Source: Phoronis australis (Eukaryota; Animalia; Phoronida). From it: a stretch of 64,000 nucleotides of DNA. Position 1 is the stretch's first letter, and every line of letters begins with the position of its first letter. The position numbers and the translations under genes were made by a program. The notes under the pieces are model-generated. The model worked only from the letters and a program-made list of their open reading frames with translations, did not search any database and had not been told where the DNA came from. The stretch is from NCBI GenBank assembly GCA_002633005.1, contig NMRA01000046.1, forward strand, positions 386,266 through 450,265, written 5' to 3'. Positions 58,001 to 63,528 of the stretch are shown here, in pieces.

Positions 58001-58264
58001 GCACCCAGTTGATTAATGAATACTGACATTTTTTTATCACAAATTGTTCCTTTTTTCATTTGTGCTCACAATGATAATTCTAATCTAGGGCGTCAGTTGG
58101 CAGTTACTTGGACAAAACTCTCTGAGACTGTAAACCCTGGGGAGAAAGTGATTAAGTTGATGGAGTCAGTGCAAGGGAGCTGGAAAGCGGGTGATAAGAT
58201 TGTCATAGCAACCACTAGTCACAGGAACAGTCAGAGGGAAAATGAGGAACTGACCATAGAAAGT
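3958..58264 (+). CDS. PKHD1L1: Fibrocystin-L / PKHD1L1-like gene, 5' partial (45 exons, ~2204 aa: signal peptide, TIG/IPT repeats, PA14, cupredoxin-like segment, G8)
   Basis: join(3958..4018,5717..5791,6349..6490,7642..7747,8754..8811,9163..9256,9469..9522,9912..9997,10266..10308,10596..10666,15289..15393,15909..15992,18893..19167,19424..19589,19772..19854,21433..21525,24467..24715,25811..25938,26275..26444,26648..26935,27344..27498,27737..27859,28025..28133,28350..28481,28749..28880,29299..29432,29640..29778,31668..31857,32065..32306,34764..34946,35284..35460,35999..36169,36428..36550,38208..38357,38545..38975,39206..39363,44018..44132,44341..44473,45122..45295,47351..47494,48481..48655,49541..49688,51390..51546,56313..56522,58089..58264). 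All acceptors AG, donors GT except two GC; phases consistent. Peptides are colinear with vertebrate PKHD1L1 as I recall it (GRGLxLEVW, YCGRxSL, LCLAYxG, WSSxFxWG, ILITDGGxLQxGTExxPFQHxAVITLHGHxRSxELPxYGAKxLAVR). The end of the last exon is uncertain. Confidence 0.93.
5717..5791 (+). CDS. PKHD1L1: PKHD1L1-like exon 2 (TIG)
   Basis: PGVSKVIPRQGSVEGATMLTISGQ; AG/GT. Confidence 0.88.
6349..6490 (+). CDS. PKHD1L1: PKHD1L1-like exon 3
   Basis: GFSLNQFSYGDGNENLGNSVFL...HQIVCQT. Confidence 0.88.
7642..7747 (+). CDS. PKHD1L1: PKHD1L1-like exon 4
   Basis: AAPEGWYNLVILVDGVPIERLGGTYCRNLHHCNFY. Confidence 0.85.
7889..8700 (+). mobile_element. Tc1/mariner fossil (left end and N-terminal HTH of transposase)
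   Basis: GTGTCCCAAAAAGTGAGCCAC TIR-like start; from 8202, broken frames read MPLSESDKFTI...WSRATVNRLIAKI...KSLREVARDLQVSKSSVQRM. Confidence 0.65.
8754..8811 (+). CDS. PKHD1L1: PKHD1L1-like exon 5
   Basis: YQRHSMPNIKSIYPSTGPP. Confidence 0.82.
9163..9256 (+). CDS. PKHD1L1: PKHD1L1-like exon 6
   Basis: GTVVTIHGDIYSDYYMDTQDTGNMDNELQLR. Confidence 0.82.
9469..9522 (+). CDS. PKHD1L1: PKHD1L1-like exon 7
   Basis: RVYVGGAPCTVINEKTEE. Confidence 0.85.
9912..9997 (+). CDS. PKHD1L1: PKHD1L1-like exon 8
   Basis: YGLTRYLDGNGNKRPSGIITCKVEADYI. Confidence 0.82.
10266..10308 (+). CDS. PKHD1L1: PKHD1L1-like exon 9
   Basis: SVNASFIISGNKGR; phases 1/2 fit neighbours. Confidence 0.78.
10596..10666 (+). CDS. 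PKHD1L1: PKHD1L1-like exon 10
   Basis: SIALPQSYQLSGNNDLYMFQIHP. Confidence 0.82.
11430..12100 (+). mobile_element. CR1/L2-type LINE reverse transcriptase fossil
   Basis: Broken frames give DLSKGFDT (cf. DLSKAFDTV), SPLGPLPF (cf. QGSxLGPLLF), ISTWFSANKLSTNSSKS (cf. WFxxNKLxLNxxKT). Confidence 0.6.
13675..13987. mobile_element. ~313-bp MITE, EnSpm/CACTA-like
   Basis: Perfect 24-bp TIR CACAGGCGTCCTCAGCTTCTGATC, extending imperfectly to ~60 bp; CAC...GTG ends; CT 2-bp flanking duplication. Confidence 0.6.
14730..14985 (-). mobile_element. Probable tRNA-derived SINE
   Basis: Minus-strand head with A-box-like AGAATGGTTAGCACG and B-box-like GTTACGATTCCC, followed by a non-tRNA body. Confidence 0.4.
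15289..15393 (+). CDS. PKHD1L1: PKHD1L1-like exon 11 (TIG)
   Basis: EISAVSPQLGSTEGGTIITVKGEGFETERLKVSVG. Confidence 0.88.
15909..15992 (+). CDS. PKHD1L1: PKHD1L1-like exon 12
   Basis: GFPCDVLSVLSSQITCKTSKETLDTDSS. Confidence 0.86.
16220..17793 (+). mobile_element. Degenerate PIF/Harbinger DNA transposon
   Basis: TIR GGCCCGGTCTCCAATCTCC / GGAGATTGGAGACCGGTCT, CTG 3-bp TSD; internal HARBI1-like peptide FQRFNFS...KLRLTLRFLATGAF*SLVGESLQVSKAVVGKVV*EVCAAL (16790-17015). Confidence 0.78.
18893..19167 (+). CDS. PKHD1L1: PKHD1L1-like exon 13 (PA14)
   Basis: GNRGLTLEVW...AARVRGYFIPPSNNTYTFHLVADDNAVVYLSSDEDPANK. Confidence 0.92.
19424..19589 (+). CDS. PKHD1L1: PKHD1L1-like exon 14 (PA14)
   Basis: VEIIRLDYAVAAHDWFKAQSRPIDLVAGRKYYIEGSMLEYTGHGHIRIGVRIHNI. 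Confidence 0.9.
19772..19854 (+). CDS. PKHD1L1: PKHD1L1-like exon 15
   Basis: FNSRSLSSVLADEQQIKFTSTYSDELQ. Confidence 0.85.
21433..21525 (+). CDS. PKHD1L1: PKHD1L1-like exon 16
   Basis: TVTVGNTTQKFRLSWDGAQTQEMSLSSSASQ. Confidence 0.85.
21571..23928. mobile_element. Old MITE with ~230-bp imperfect TIRs hosting HINE copy A
   Basis: TAACCCCTACAAAGTACATATTTTCTGAAA (21614 on) is the near reverse complement of TTTCAGAAAATATATACTTTGTAGGGGTTA (23857 on); TCAACATGTTGA in both arms; left end TA|CGAGG is mariner-like. Confidence 0.6.
21811..23579 (+). mobile_element. Non-autonomous Helentron/DINE-1-like element (HINE), copy A
   Basis: 5' TTTTATGTGCCCACATATTTATATGTGGATGCAT subterminal IR hairpin; (CCGT)-type microsatellite; ~450-bp higher-order internal repeats; 3' GTGGGCGCAT subTIR, CAACGC..GTGTTG stem-loop, CTCTTGT end; T-rich site, no TSD seen. 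Confidence 0.8.
24467..24715 (+). CDS. PKHD1L1: PKHD1L1-like exon 17
   Basis: VEDTLNDLLSARC...FFTRDYD...SYCGRQSL...YGAYNLERFNT. Confidence 0.88.
24786..24979 (+). repeat. Two extra copies of the exon 17 3' end plus splice donor
   Basis: CAACAGGAAATATGGAGCATACAACCTGGAGAGATTCAAC(A/T)CA|GTAAGTGTGGGAAT occurs three times. Confidence 0.9.
25456..25677. repeat. ~110-bp tandem duplication
   Basis: TTTAGTCATATATATGTCAAACACATTC...CCCTGAGACGA twice. Confidence 0.85.
25811..25938 (+). CDS. PKHD1L1: PKHD1L1-like exon 18
   Basis: LCLAYTGELRPHVRLNVWWKETGTGKDMLTERIYPYSFITDS. Confidence 0.88.
26275..26444 (+). CDS. PKHD1L1: PKHD1L1-like exon 19
   Basis: WHYACLDL...TFVDEVFIGDRPRT. Confidence 0.88.
26648..26935 (+). 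CDS. PKHD1L1: PKHD1L1-like exon 20
   Basis: TVYRGAIHPNGVYID...DCGYGLPLISV...APPVGGNVIIGFNGMNMS. Confidence 0.88.
27344..27498 (+). CDS. PKHD1L1: PKHD1L1-like exon 21
   Basis: EPDLSAEDMKSHLESAFPGIGNLEVKRSGDCSGHTYNIRWPNDGGAMPLFI. Confidence 0.9.
27737..27859 (+). CDS. PKHD1L1: PKHD1L1-like exon 22
   Basis: VLKSNLTGIDVNVTTVRKVEGGLLLAPIPGDMLRSYHVEPQ. Confidence 0.9.
28025..28133 (+). CDS. PKHD1L1: PKHD1L1-like exon 23
   Basis: VVVAINGVPASCYGNNCTFSYSEDATPTVDSVSPVS. Confidence 0.9.
28350..28481 (+). CDS. PKHD1L1: PKHD1L1-like exon 24 (TIG)
   Basis: GSTGTHITLSGSGF...VTIGGDVCNVTAASASHIDCTL. Confidence 0.9.
28749..28880 (+). CDS. PKHD1L1: PKHD1L1-like exon 25
   Basis: GHGIAGRHTPVVSLSQAGLARINSGTVTVKPEITSLSPTSGSSA. 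Confidence 0.88.
29299..29432 (+). CDS. PKHD1L1: PKHD1L1-like exon 26 (TIG; GC donor)
   Basis: GGSLLTITGRAFSSSFNENTVTVGGQACHLVKSTFSQIVCVTPAK; donor AAG|GCAAGT required by phase. Confidence 0.85.
29640..29778 (+). CDS. PKHD1L1: PKHD1L1-like exon 27
   Basis: KAGSSSDAQVTVSVNGQSHTATTTFEYDSMNTAKVTAVDKTELPVS. Confidence 0.85.
29824..30792 (+). repeat. ~970 bp direct duplicate of 28849-29822, including second copies of exon 26 (30274-30407) and exon 27 (30617-30755)
   Basis: Starts right after the N at 29823; near-identical by eye; both exon copies are open and keep their splice sites. Either a real tandem duplicate or an uncollapsed haplotype. Confidence 0.85.
30755..31170 (+). repeat. 35-38 bp minisatellite, ~12 copies
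   Basis: Unit GGTATGGTGTGATGGATGTCTGTGTACAAGATTAT, starting at the exon 27 donor. Confidence 0.92.
31668..31857 (+). CDS. PKHD1L1: PKHD1L1-like exon 28 (TIG)
   Basis: GGVVTITGSGFG...SCAVVSYNDTVIQCRLSLMSPGKHAVQVQLANGYANA. Confidence 0.9.
32065..32306 (+). CDS. PKHD1L1: PKHD1L1-like exon 29 (TIG)
   Basis: LEVTGVWPQLGSFAGGSLLTIVGRGFS...PCTVVTSSQTQVTCRT...SNMGIHP. Confidence 0.9.
32953..34020 (+). pseudogene. THAP-domain Kolobok transposase, truncated (309-aa ORF 32953-33882, frameshift, then deletion)
   Basis: THAP signature CCVPGC...LHRFP...W...RVCGKHF...LKKDAIPS; second motif LFRRCQVCG...WECVTGHSGKWDS; after a frameshift in the T-run near 33826, DSPGRSAKYTTYTLMEEETKKIIDV, which lacks the GDGR normally just upstream. 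Confidence 0.85.
34020..34294 (-). pseudogene. KolX-like / P2X7-ballast-like Cys-rich ORF remnant
   Basis: ATG at 34294: MAGVGDPYHSDSSVSDGDLVHSSGD*EFF...YMFEPEY...WCKCTVCVVMPTSIECLCCSE; premature TAG; cut at the deletion junction. Confidence 0.75.
34764..34946 (+). CDS. PKHD1L1: PKHD1L1-like exon 30
   Basis: MGPGYVWSPQHITITSGDWVEWQW...YDGTGFISERTSE. Confidence 0.9.
35284..35460 (+). CDS. PKHD1L1: PKHD1L1-like exon 31
   Basis: GKFTQQFLKTGTYYYSAGKVEGVGNFKMTGVVTV... Confidence 0.88.
35999..36169 (+). CDS. PKHD1L1: PKHD1L1-like exon 32 (GC donor)
   Basis: ...FYFSQTQCSTPVITMVSPSNVTVGENITIQ; donor AAG|GCAAGT required by phase. Confidence 0.84.
36428..36550 (+). CDS. PKHD1L1: PKHD1L1-like exon 33
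   Basis: GSGLGVENCQTAVSVGGYVCDVISSSENKVMCALSSKSQVP. Confidence 0.88.
36714..37721 (-). mobile_element. Possible solo LTR
   Basis: TGT...ACA ends, flanks TTGA/TTAA, TATAAATA on - near 37050, TTCTAGAA motifs; boundaries uncertain. Confidence 0.3.
38208..38357 (+). CDS. PKHD1L1: PKHD1L1-like exon 34
   Basis: VGVPLKVTTVITGLGEA...PSLTDFHPQQGSLLGGTQLTIT. Confidence 0.88.
38545..38975 (+). CDS. PKHD1L1: PKHD1L1-like exon 35 (TIG)
   Basis: GSGFSEE...CRVTSANYTSALCVT...ITGEGFNGSLEDISVSLG...GKAACPN. Confidence 0.92.
39206..39363 (+). CDS. PKHD1L1: PKHD1L1-like exon 36
   Basis: PSSCQVTINPVISSMSPKLGSTNGGTRLTITGLGFDNTSTRVSVAGQLCKIV. Confidence 0.9.
40519..43681 (+). mobile_element. Second, older Kolobok-type copy interrupted by a Helentron-like insertion
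   Basis: TTAA at 40515-40518 and 43682-43685; TIR AGGTGAAGGCAACC; decayed THAP from 42307; KolX remnant SCKCTVCTVMPTSMKCLCC on - around 43005-43350. Confidence 0.85.
40682..42210 (+). mobile_element. HINE copy B, nested in Kolobok copy 2
   Basis: Same termini (ATGCGCCCAC...GTGGGCGCAT, CAACGCTCTGCGTTG hairpin, CTCTTGT); Kolobok sequence resumes at ATAGTCTGACTGT as in copy 1. Confidence 0.82.
43701..43842. repeat. ~140-bp foldback palindrome (MITE-like)
   Basis: TTCTGGCCAATAGGTGACATTTTAACCAGGCGGCGCA / TGCGCCGTCTGGTTAAAATGTCACCTATTGGCCAGAA arms around a ~22-nt loop. Confidence 0.8.
44018..44132 (+). CDS. PKHD1L1: PKHD1L1-like exon 37
   Basis: VSSTQIICLTPGTKNRLKRSDSTTILTIQSNSNNYPQQ. Confidence 0.85.
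44341..44473 (+). CDS. PKHD1L1: PKHD1L1-like exon 38
   Basis: DYEYSASATPVVNFVTPSKARPGETVTISGSGFSDDHDSNGVMF. Confidence 0.9.
45122..45295 (+). CDS. PKHD1L1: PKHD1L1-like exon 39
   Basis: GDTPCVVTSSSSSEVQCTAGPHLAGRVPVQVDVMGLGLASSSQMFEYELAVDTVSPTT. Confidence 0.9.
45353..46049 (+). mobile_element. Penelope-like element remnant: GIY-YIG end with inverted pseudo-LTRs
   Basis: YNGETGRNVGYRMAEH (cf. YIGETGRxxxxRxxEH), KSTITNHARKNNCVID*, KIIDIESD, MNRDDG; ~100-bp inverted repeats at 45353-45455 and 45947-46049. Confidence 0.75.
46845..47120 (-). mobile_element. RTE-clade LINE 3' fragment
   Basis: Minus strand reads KRRKWRWVGHTLRKADESITKQALSWNPQGSRQ*GKPVRTWRRTMEAEL...MANNRIRW, typical RTE ORF C-terminus. 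Confidence 0.75.
47351..47494 (+). CDS. PKHD1L1: PKHD1L1-like exon 40
   Basis: GGFGGGSLLTLTGSGFDPVSSVVSLCDEVCALVSGTSTSLQCLVPAQT. Confidence 0.9.
48481..48655 (+). CDS. PKHD1L1: PKHD1L1-like exon 41
   Basis: GSENKTCDVVV...FHYQKSLTATLISVTPTRGGTAGGSKVIVTGSNF. Confidence 0.9.
49541..49688 (+). CDS. PKHD1L1: PKHD1L1-like exon 42
   Basis: STGNTVTIGGTPCIITSESTTQIECTTEAHRKTEVSKVKVYNKHGLAIG. Confidence 0.88.
50823..51152. mobile_element. MITE with TA TSD and internal 21-bp palindromic tandem repeats (N at 50994)
   Basis: TA|CGGTGGCCCGAAAGTATCATCGCTA ... TAGCGATGATACTTTCGGGCCACCG|TA; units TTTCCACCTAGGTGGAAATAA. Confidence 0.75.
51390..51546 (+). CDS. PKHD1L1: PKHD1L1-like exon 43 (G8 start)
   Basis: ESAKFHYVDVWSSPFTWGNKGLPKDKDFVIISKGQTILLDVDTPVLTMLLIQ. 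Confidence 0.93.
53266..53366. repeat. ~28-bp GC-rich minisatellite (3-4 copies)
   Basis: GTGGTGCTCCGGCCATGATGCTTCGGCC-like units. Confidence 0.7.
53961..55281 (+). mobile_element. HINE copy C (5'-degenerate, diverged)
   Basis: Same CCTAGTGGC-containing subrepeats; 3' GTAGGCGCAT-TGCTCTTGT with the hairpin deleted. Confidence 0.72.
56313..56522 (+). CDS. PKHD1L1: PKHD1L1-like exon 44 (G8)
   Basis: GGQVIFDEKDVQLNSEYILITDGGLLQVGTEQEPFQHNAVITLHGHVRSKELPIYGAKVLAVRHGNLELH. Confidence 0.94.
57600..58000 (-). mobile_element. CR1/L2-type LINE RT fossil
   Basis: APQGSILGPLISPVYINGM (cf. GVPQGSILGPLLFLIYINDL) and FLYANS (cf. YADD). Confidence 0.6.
58089..58264 (+). CDS. PKHD1L1: PKHD1L1-like exon 45
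   Basis: GRQLAVTWTKLSETVNPGEKVIKLMESVQGSWKAGDKIVIATTSHRNSQRENEELTIES; donor GTAAGT assumed, next exon not seen. Confidence 0.88.
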
Positions 58265-60299
58265 GTAAGTAGTTTGTCCAATGACAGTTGACTGGGAAGT
58301 GAGTGAATGCCAGGTTGGAATTGTGAGCCATGAATACTGTACTTTATCTAATATCAACTTTACAAATTGACATCAATGGTAAATGTCAAATTTTTTGCAA
58401 ATTACCTTATTAGTCCTATGTTGTGTTATCTAAATACAGTGACTTTTAAAGTGACATTTGTAAAAAAAGAAATAACCAAAAGCAAAGACAATGTGAGATT
58501 TCTCAGAAGATATAATTTATGTCAGTTAATTATTGTGCCTCTTCTGCCTTGCTAAATCAATAAAAACTCAAATCATGTGCTTCAAGGAAATCAGCGTACT
58601 TCATTAAATAATGTGCATTTAGGTCATTTATTGGGCATTTGAAGCATTTATCATGATTTTAAAACACTGACTGTGATGGACGAATTTGATGAAGTGTTGT
58701 AATTGAATATAGAAGTTGTTAATAATTATTATAACAGAATGTATAGAGTGGAATACGAGCAAATAGTATTTCATTGCGACAATAATTTGCATTAAAATCT
58801 GTAAGGTGAGCAGCTTCTCAGCAAGTAATGAGTCCAGAGTGATAAGTAGTTTAAAAATTACATTCAGAAAGCGACTTGTTTTGGGGATGTTATTCATGAG
58901 ACAGTAAAACACTAATAACCAAGTCCTCACAAAATGTTCACAAGCAAGTAAATAATTTTGAAATGGCTGCCGGGCTGTTTAACAGGGGGGGTCTCGCTTG
59001 TCAGTGCCTAATGCATGAAGATCTCCATTGATTTGCAAATCTAAACTACCATCATGTTCTTCGATTTGATCCCCCTGTCATCAGAAAATAGGACATGTGT
59101 GGTTTTTTTGTAAAAGTCAAAAGCTGCATAAAAATAAAAGGAAATGATTTAGGAAACTGTAACAGGTTCTTTGAGACTTCATTATCTAATGAAATTTGGT
59201 CATGTTTATTTCATATATTTATTATCATTGATAAACAAGTACAAAAACAAACGTCTACATTCATTCAAGCATGCACACCTCAGGAGAGACCATTCTCGTA
59301 TCTCGTATAAAGTTAACAACTGCTACATGGAGTTAACGTGAACAATAAAATTTGTCCATTTCCAAGAGAAGCTGTCACACACAAAATTTTTATAATTTAT
59401 GCAATTAATTTTTCAGTGTTATAGTACTTATAAGTATATGTAACAAACTTGTGAATTATGTATATTTTTGTGACATCTCTCCTTGTAATGTACTGTTTGG
59501 CTAGTAATAGCAAAATTTTAATAGAAAATCACGTGTCTCATAAATACACAAAGCGTACCGAGAGTGGCGTACATGAAGTAACATCCCACGAGACATTATT
59601 CCACGTATGCGGAATAAGGTCAAGTGGGATATTACTTCATGTATGCCAGTCGAGGTACGTTTTGTATTTATCCCATGTGCTTCGAATTCCTAAGTTTCTT
59701 ACATTTTTAGGCAGATTTTTCAAATACTTCACCCAGACTGTTCACATGGCAGATCACATCCTATATGTATATACTTGCGCGTTAGGTTGCAAGTTTTCTC
59801 TTGAAAAAGAAATAGTTTTAAAAGTAACGATTTATTTCTTGAAAAGAGGTAGCAAAAGTTAAAAACAATGGCAACTGAGCAGTGAACTTGTAACTTCTCC
59901 TGGAAATAGTTAAAAAACAACAATTTTTGATATTTTAATTTCCCAGGAATCGGCGCCTGAGACGATACAGTATTCAGCAATTGAAAACTGAGAGAAAGTG
60001 TCTTATAATTAACAGTTTTGTTCCAGATTTTACATTTAGGGCCTGGTTGCATGTCGAGTGTTAGTTACACTGTTGCAACTGTATTACTTTAAACTATATT
60101 TGGAAAGTTTGATGATCGAATCGGCTGAAGACGTCGAGTCGACATTGACCTACCTTTTGAACTTTCCACGTCAGAGGTCGCTGTTGAAGTAGTGCAAGAG
60201 GTGAATACGGAAAACTTTATTACATGGCCGTATTTCCCTCGACAGATTCAACGCGCATGGGATAAAGTCCAAGAATAACACGTTTGTAAGAGAAACAGT

Positions 60300-60900
60300 T
60301 GGGAAGCTGAATGAGACAATTTGAAGTAGTTTTCTGAATTCATTCCAAATTCTTGTACAGGGTGACATTGCCAAAAAGGTGTGACAGCATCTCTGGAGCT
60401 TTATTACAAAAAGAATATTAGAATCCCGAACTTTGATTTTGACTACAAAGTATTTGTTGAAATAATCCTTTGTAATATTCTAAATTCGAATCATCTAGTT
60501 GGAATCCTTCGTAATTTCATAAGGCAGTGTGTATATTTTCTTCCAATCTAAGCTATTTCCTAACTCTATTTCCCATTTACACTTTGACTTAGAAGGTTTC
60601 TTAATGTCATTAAAGATAGAACAAGTGTGTCTACAACCCTTCACATCTTTCCGTAAGTGAGTAAGTGCTAAAGGCATGCAAGGAGAATAGACATTAACCC
60701 TAAGCTTTAAATTTGAGTTTTTGAAATCGTCTTAGAACAGAAACAACACCATTATATTTACACAGTTGGTTTTTACATCGAAACTGTTTATCACATGATC
60801 TAAACTAATGAAATCGCCATCAGAGTTATACATATTTCTGATAAATCACAAGCTTTTTACAAACCAAGGCTTAAAAAAACACTTCTGCCTCCAATCCCAA
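60300..60900 (-). mobile_element. L1/Tx1-type LINE ORF2 C-terminal fossil
   Basis: KWEIELGNSLDWKKIYTLPYEITKDS..RILQRIISTN..FCNKAPEMLSHLF, resembling the zf-RVT region. Confidence 0.6.
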
Positions 60901-61811
60901 GTGACTAGAAAATTAATGAATTCACCTTGTTTGTGGTTAAAATCACAAACAAGGTAAATTCATTTCTTGCTCATGTTATTGATATCGTTATTTGTCTATG
61001 ACATTCATGACATTAATGTACCTGAAGTTTCCTTCACATGGCTCAACTGGTTGTTGATTGGCATCAAGTGAAAAATCAGTTATACAGTGCTTCCTGCTTT
61101 CGGAAAATATGAATTAAATTCTATAGTTTTATAGATATTGACTAAACACAATATAAAATGCAACATATCCTGCATTCATTTTTCATGTATGGGTGAGGGT
61201 ATTAAGGCAAACAATGAAAAAGATTGCAAAATGAGAGGCACTCTTCAGAAGAAGACCCTCACCAGTGTTTCAGACCATTAACTTCATCTTTACACCATAG
61301 GTGAGTGCAGTTCACACCCACCAGCACCAAAAAAGGCCAATTAGTGCTGGATGGATGCTTGCCTATGGCTAGCAGGAGATTTGAGAAAGGGACTGGCCAC
61401 TAAACGGGACTCTTCCAGGGTTTTTTAGAAGTTTTGGAAAGAACTATCTTCTCATCAATTATATATTTCCATGGGTTCTAACTGGAATTCAACGTCCTGG
61501 GATGGGAGCCCTAATTTTGTAGGTCTTGCTCTTGTCACAGTTTGGAAAATCTGCTTCATTACCAGCATGACTTGCTGTATGGATGTCAGTAAAGAAATTG
61601 TGGCAAGATAAATCATGCAGAGTAACTCCATAAAATCCTCTTGACTTGGTCAAGACGTGTGTCATCTTGAGACATAAATTGAATACTGTGGATAAAAAGA
61701 TGAATTTTAGATACAAAAGAGTAATAATTTATTTTGATACCTTCTTTGTTTGTCTATTTTTAACTTTTTGTTCATAAGTTTTCGCCAATCATACCTTGTG
61801 CACTTTCTGAA

Positions 61812-62140
61812 TTAAGTGTCACAGCAATGAGCTATATCAGGTCTAGCTCATTGGTCACAGTGACTATTAAGTGTTACAGCAGTGAGCTATACCAGGTGTA
61901 GCTCATTGGTCACAGTGACTATTAAGTGTCACAGCAATGAGCTATATCAGGTCTAGCTCATTGGTCACAGTGACTATTAAGTGCCACAGCAGTGAACTAT
62001 ACCAGGTGTAGCTCATTGGTCACAGTGACTATTAAGTGTTACAGCAGTGAGCTATACCAGGTGTAGCTCATTGGTCACAGTGACTATTAAGTGTCACAGC
62101 AATGAGCTGTACCAGGTATAGCTCATTGGTCACAGTGACT
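61812..62140. repeat. 55-bp minisatellite, 6 copies, each with internal hairpins
   Basis: TTAAGTGTCACAGCAATGAGCTATATCAGGTCTAGCTCATTGGTCACAGTGACTA at 61812, 61867, 61922, 61977, 62032, 62087. Confidence 0.92.
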
Positions 62141-62580
62141 AAATATTTTCAAGTAAAAATGATCAATTTTAGTGAACAGGTTCATGGAATGAATTGTTTT
62201 TTAATTATGACATCTACACAGTAATAACAATTCTGAACATATTGCTGTCCAACTGGTTCTTGAACCCTGGATCCTCTACAATCTGTCTAATCCAATGAGT
62301 CATCTGGACTACCGGTTAAACAAGAATCCAACCAGACTTGTGTTTTCAAGGAGTTCATACCCCTGTTGTCAGATACATAGTCACACACTTGTAATATAAG
62401 AACATAGTACATACCCAGAGACTGAGTCAATCTTAAAACTCTTATGCCAACATAAAGATTTTAGTGATTACAGTTATGTCAACCAGGTTTTTTTAATAAC
62501 TAACCTCAATAGGCTAATGACTATGTTATGAGTAGAAATATAACACGATAATGTTTGATTTTTACTGTGAGACATTTTAT

Positions 62581-63528
62581 CTAAATCGTTGTTGTTTGTA
62601 TTTCTGGTGGTAGCAATTGTCTAGATGTACTAGATTTTTCGTTTTTGCTAAAGCAGACACGAGTGAGCAAACCACAGGCGAGCATACTCTTCAGCTGTTT
62701 GCGTACTTTATAATTTCTTGTGGCGTATATAATTGGATCTGCTATGGCATTCAAGGATAGCACACAATATGCTGCTACAAATACCTGTTGTCCTTCGGTG
62801 AATGTTAAAACTTTGAAAAACGCTAGTGCATATGAGAGGCTACATGGTAGCCAACACACAACAAAAGTTAAAACTATTAAAATGGTTGTCTTTGATGCCT
62901 TTTGCACATGCTGGCGGGTCTGTAGTTTGAAGCACATAAAAACGTACAGCATCATAATAACTACAATAGGCAACAACACAACCACCACCTGTATTGTAGA
63001 GTTCACATCAAATTTTATGTTCACTTCAAAAATATTTTTGTCACACGTAGCTTGCGTTGTTATTCCTATTATTGTTGAGAGCCACACCATAGTGATAGCC
63101 ATGAGAATGCGTCTTTTGGTCAACACGGTCTTGTACTGGAATGGTTTGACTATGGCAACTGTGCGCTCGACTGCCATTAAGAGTACTGTGAGTACTACTG
63201 CGTATAACATACTTGCCGCAATATTGCGAAAGATTTTTGAAAGTTGCCCAATTATTGTGAACTGATGAAAGGGTTCATATCCAGTGCAGCCACAGTATAT
63301 AGCTTTAAACGACGAACTCAGTGTTTGTAAAAATGCGTACAGTATATCAGCTGTAGTCAAGCTGATGAGCATGTATATAGTTATAGTCTTTTGATGTATG
63401 CAAAGCAGTGTTACCCCAGTGATGGCGTTGAAGCCTAGAGCCAGCGATCCCGTAGTCAGCAACACGCTATATACACCGCAATGAAGACAAATCCAGTCTG
63501 TTCTGTTGTTGGTTGTGTTGAAATCCAT
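62581..63528 (-). CDS. Intronless class A (rhodopsin-like) GPCR, orphan, 315 aa
   Basis: Seven hydrophobic segments; N-terminal NTT/NRT sequons; TM1 GFN, TM2 SLTTAD, TM3 MAVERTVAIVKPFQY (E/DRY variant), TM4 W, TM6 FVVCWLP, TM7 NAIADPIIY, helix 8 RNYKVRKQL, C-tail Cys. Confidence 0.92.
   Translation of the reverse strand: MDFNTTNNRTDWICLHCGVYSVLLTTGSLALGFNAITGVTLLCIHQKTITIYMLISLTTADILYAFLQTLSSSFKAIYCGCTGYEPFHQFTIIGQLSKIFRNIAASMLYAVVLTVLLMAVERTVAIVKPFQYKTVLTKRRILMAITMVWLSTIIGITTQATCDKNIFEVNIKFDVNSTIQVVVVLLPIVVIMMLYVFMCFKLQTRQHVQKASKTTILIVLTFVVCWLPCSLSYALAFFKVLTFTEGQQVFVAAYCVLSLNAIADPIIYATRNYKVRKQLKSMLACGLLTRVCFSKNEKSSTSRQLLPPEIQTTTI

Noticed and set aside
61812-62140. CRISPR-like array of palindromic repeats
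   Set aside because: Units are contiguous with no unique spacers, no cas genes, eukaryotic context.
62720-63265. 181-aa plus-strand ORF
   Set aside because: Antisense shadow of the GPCR; no recognisable motif.
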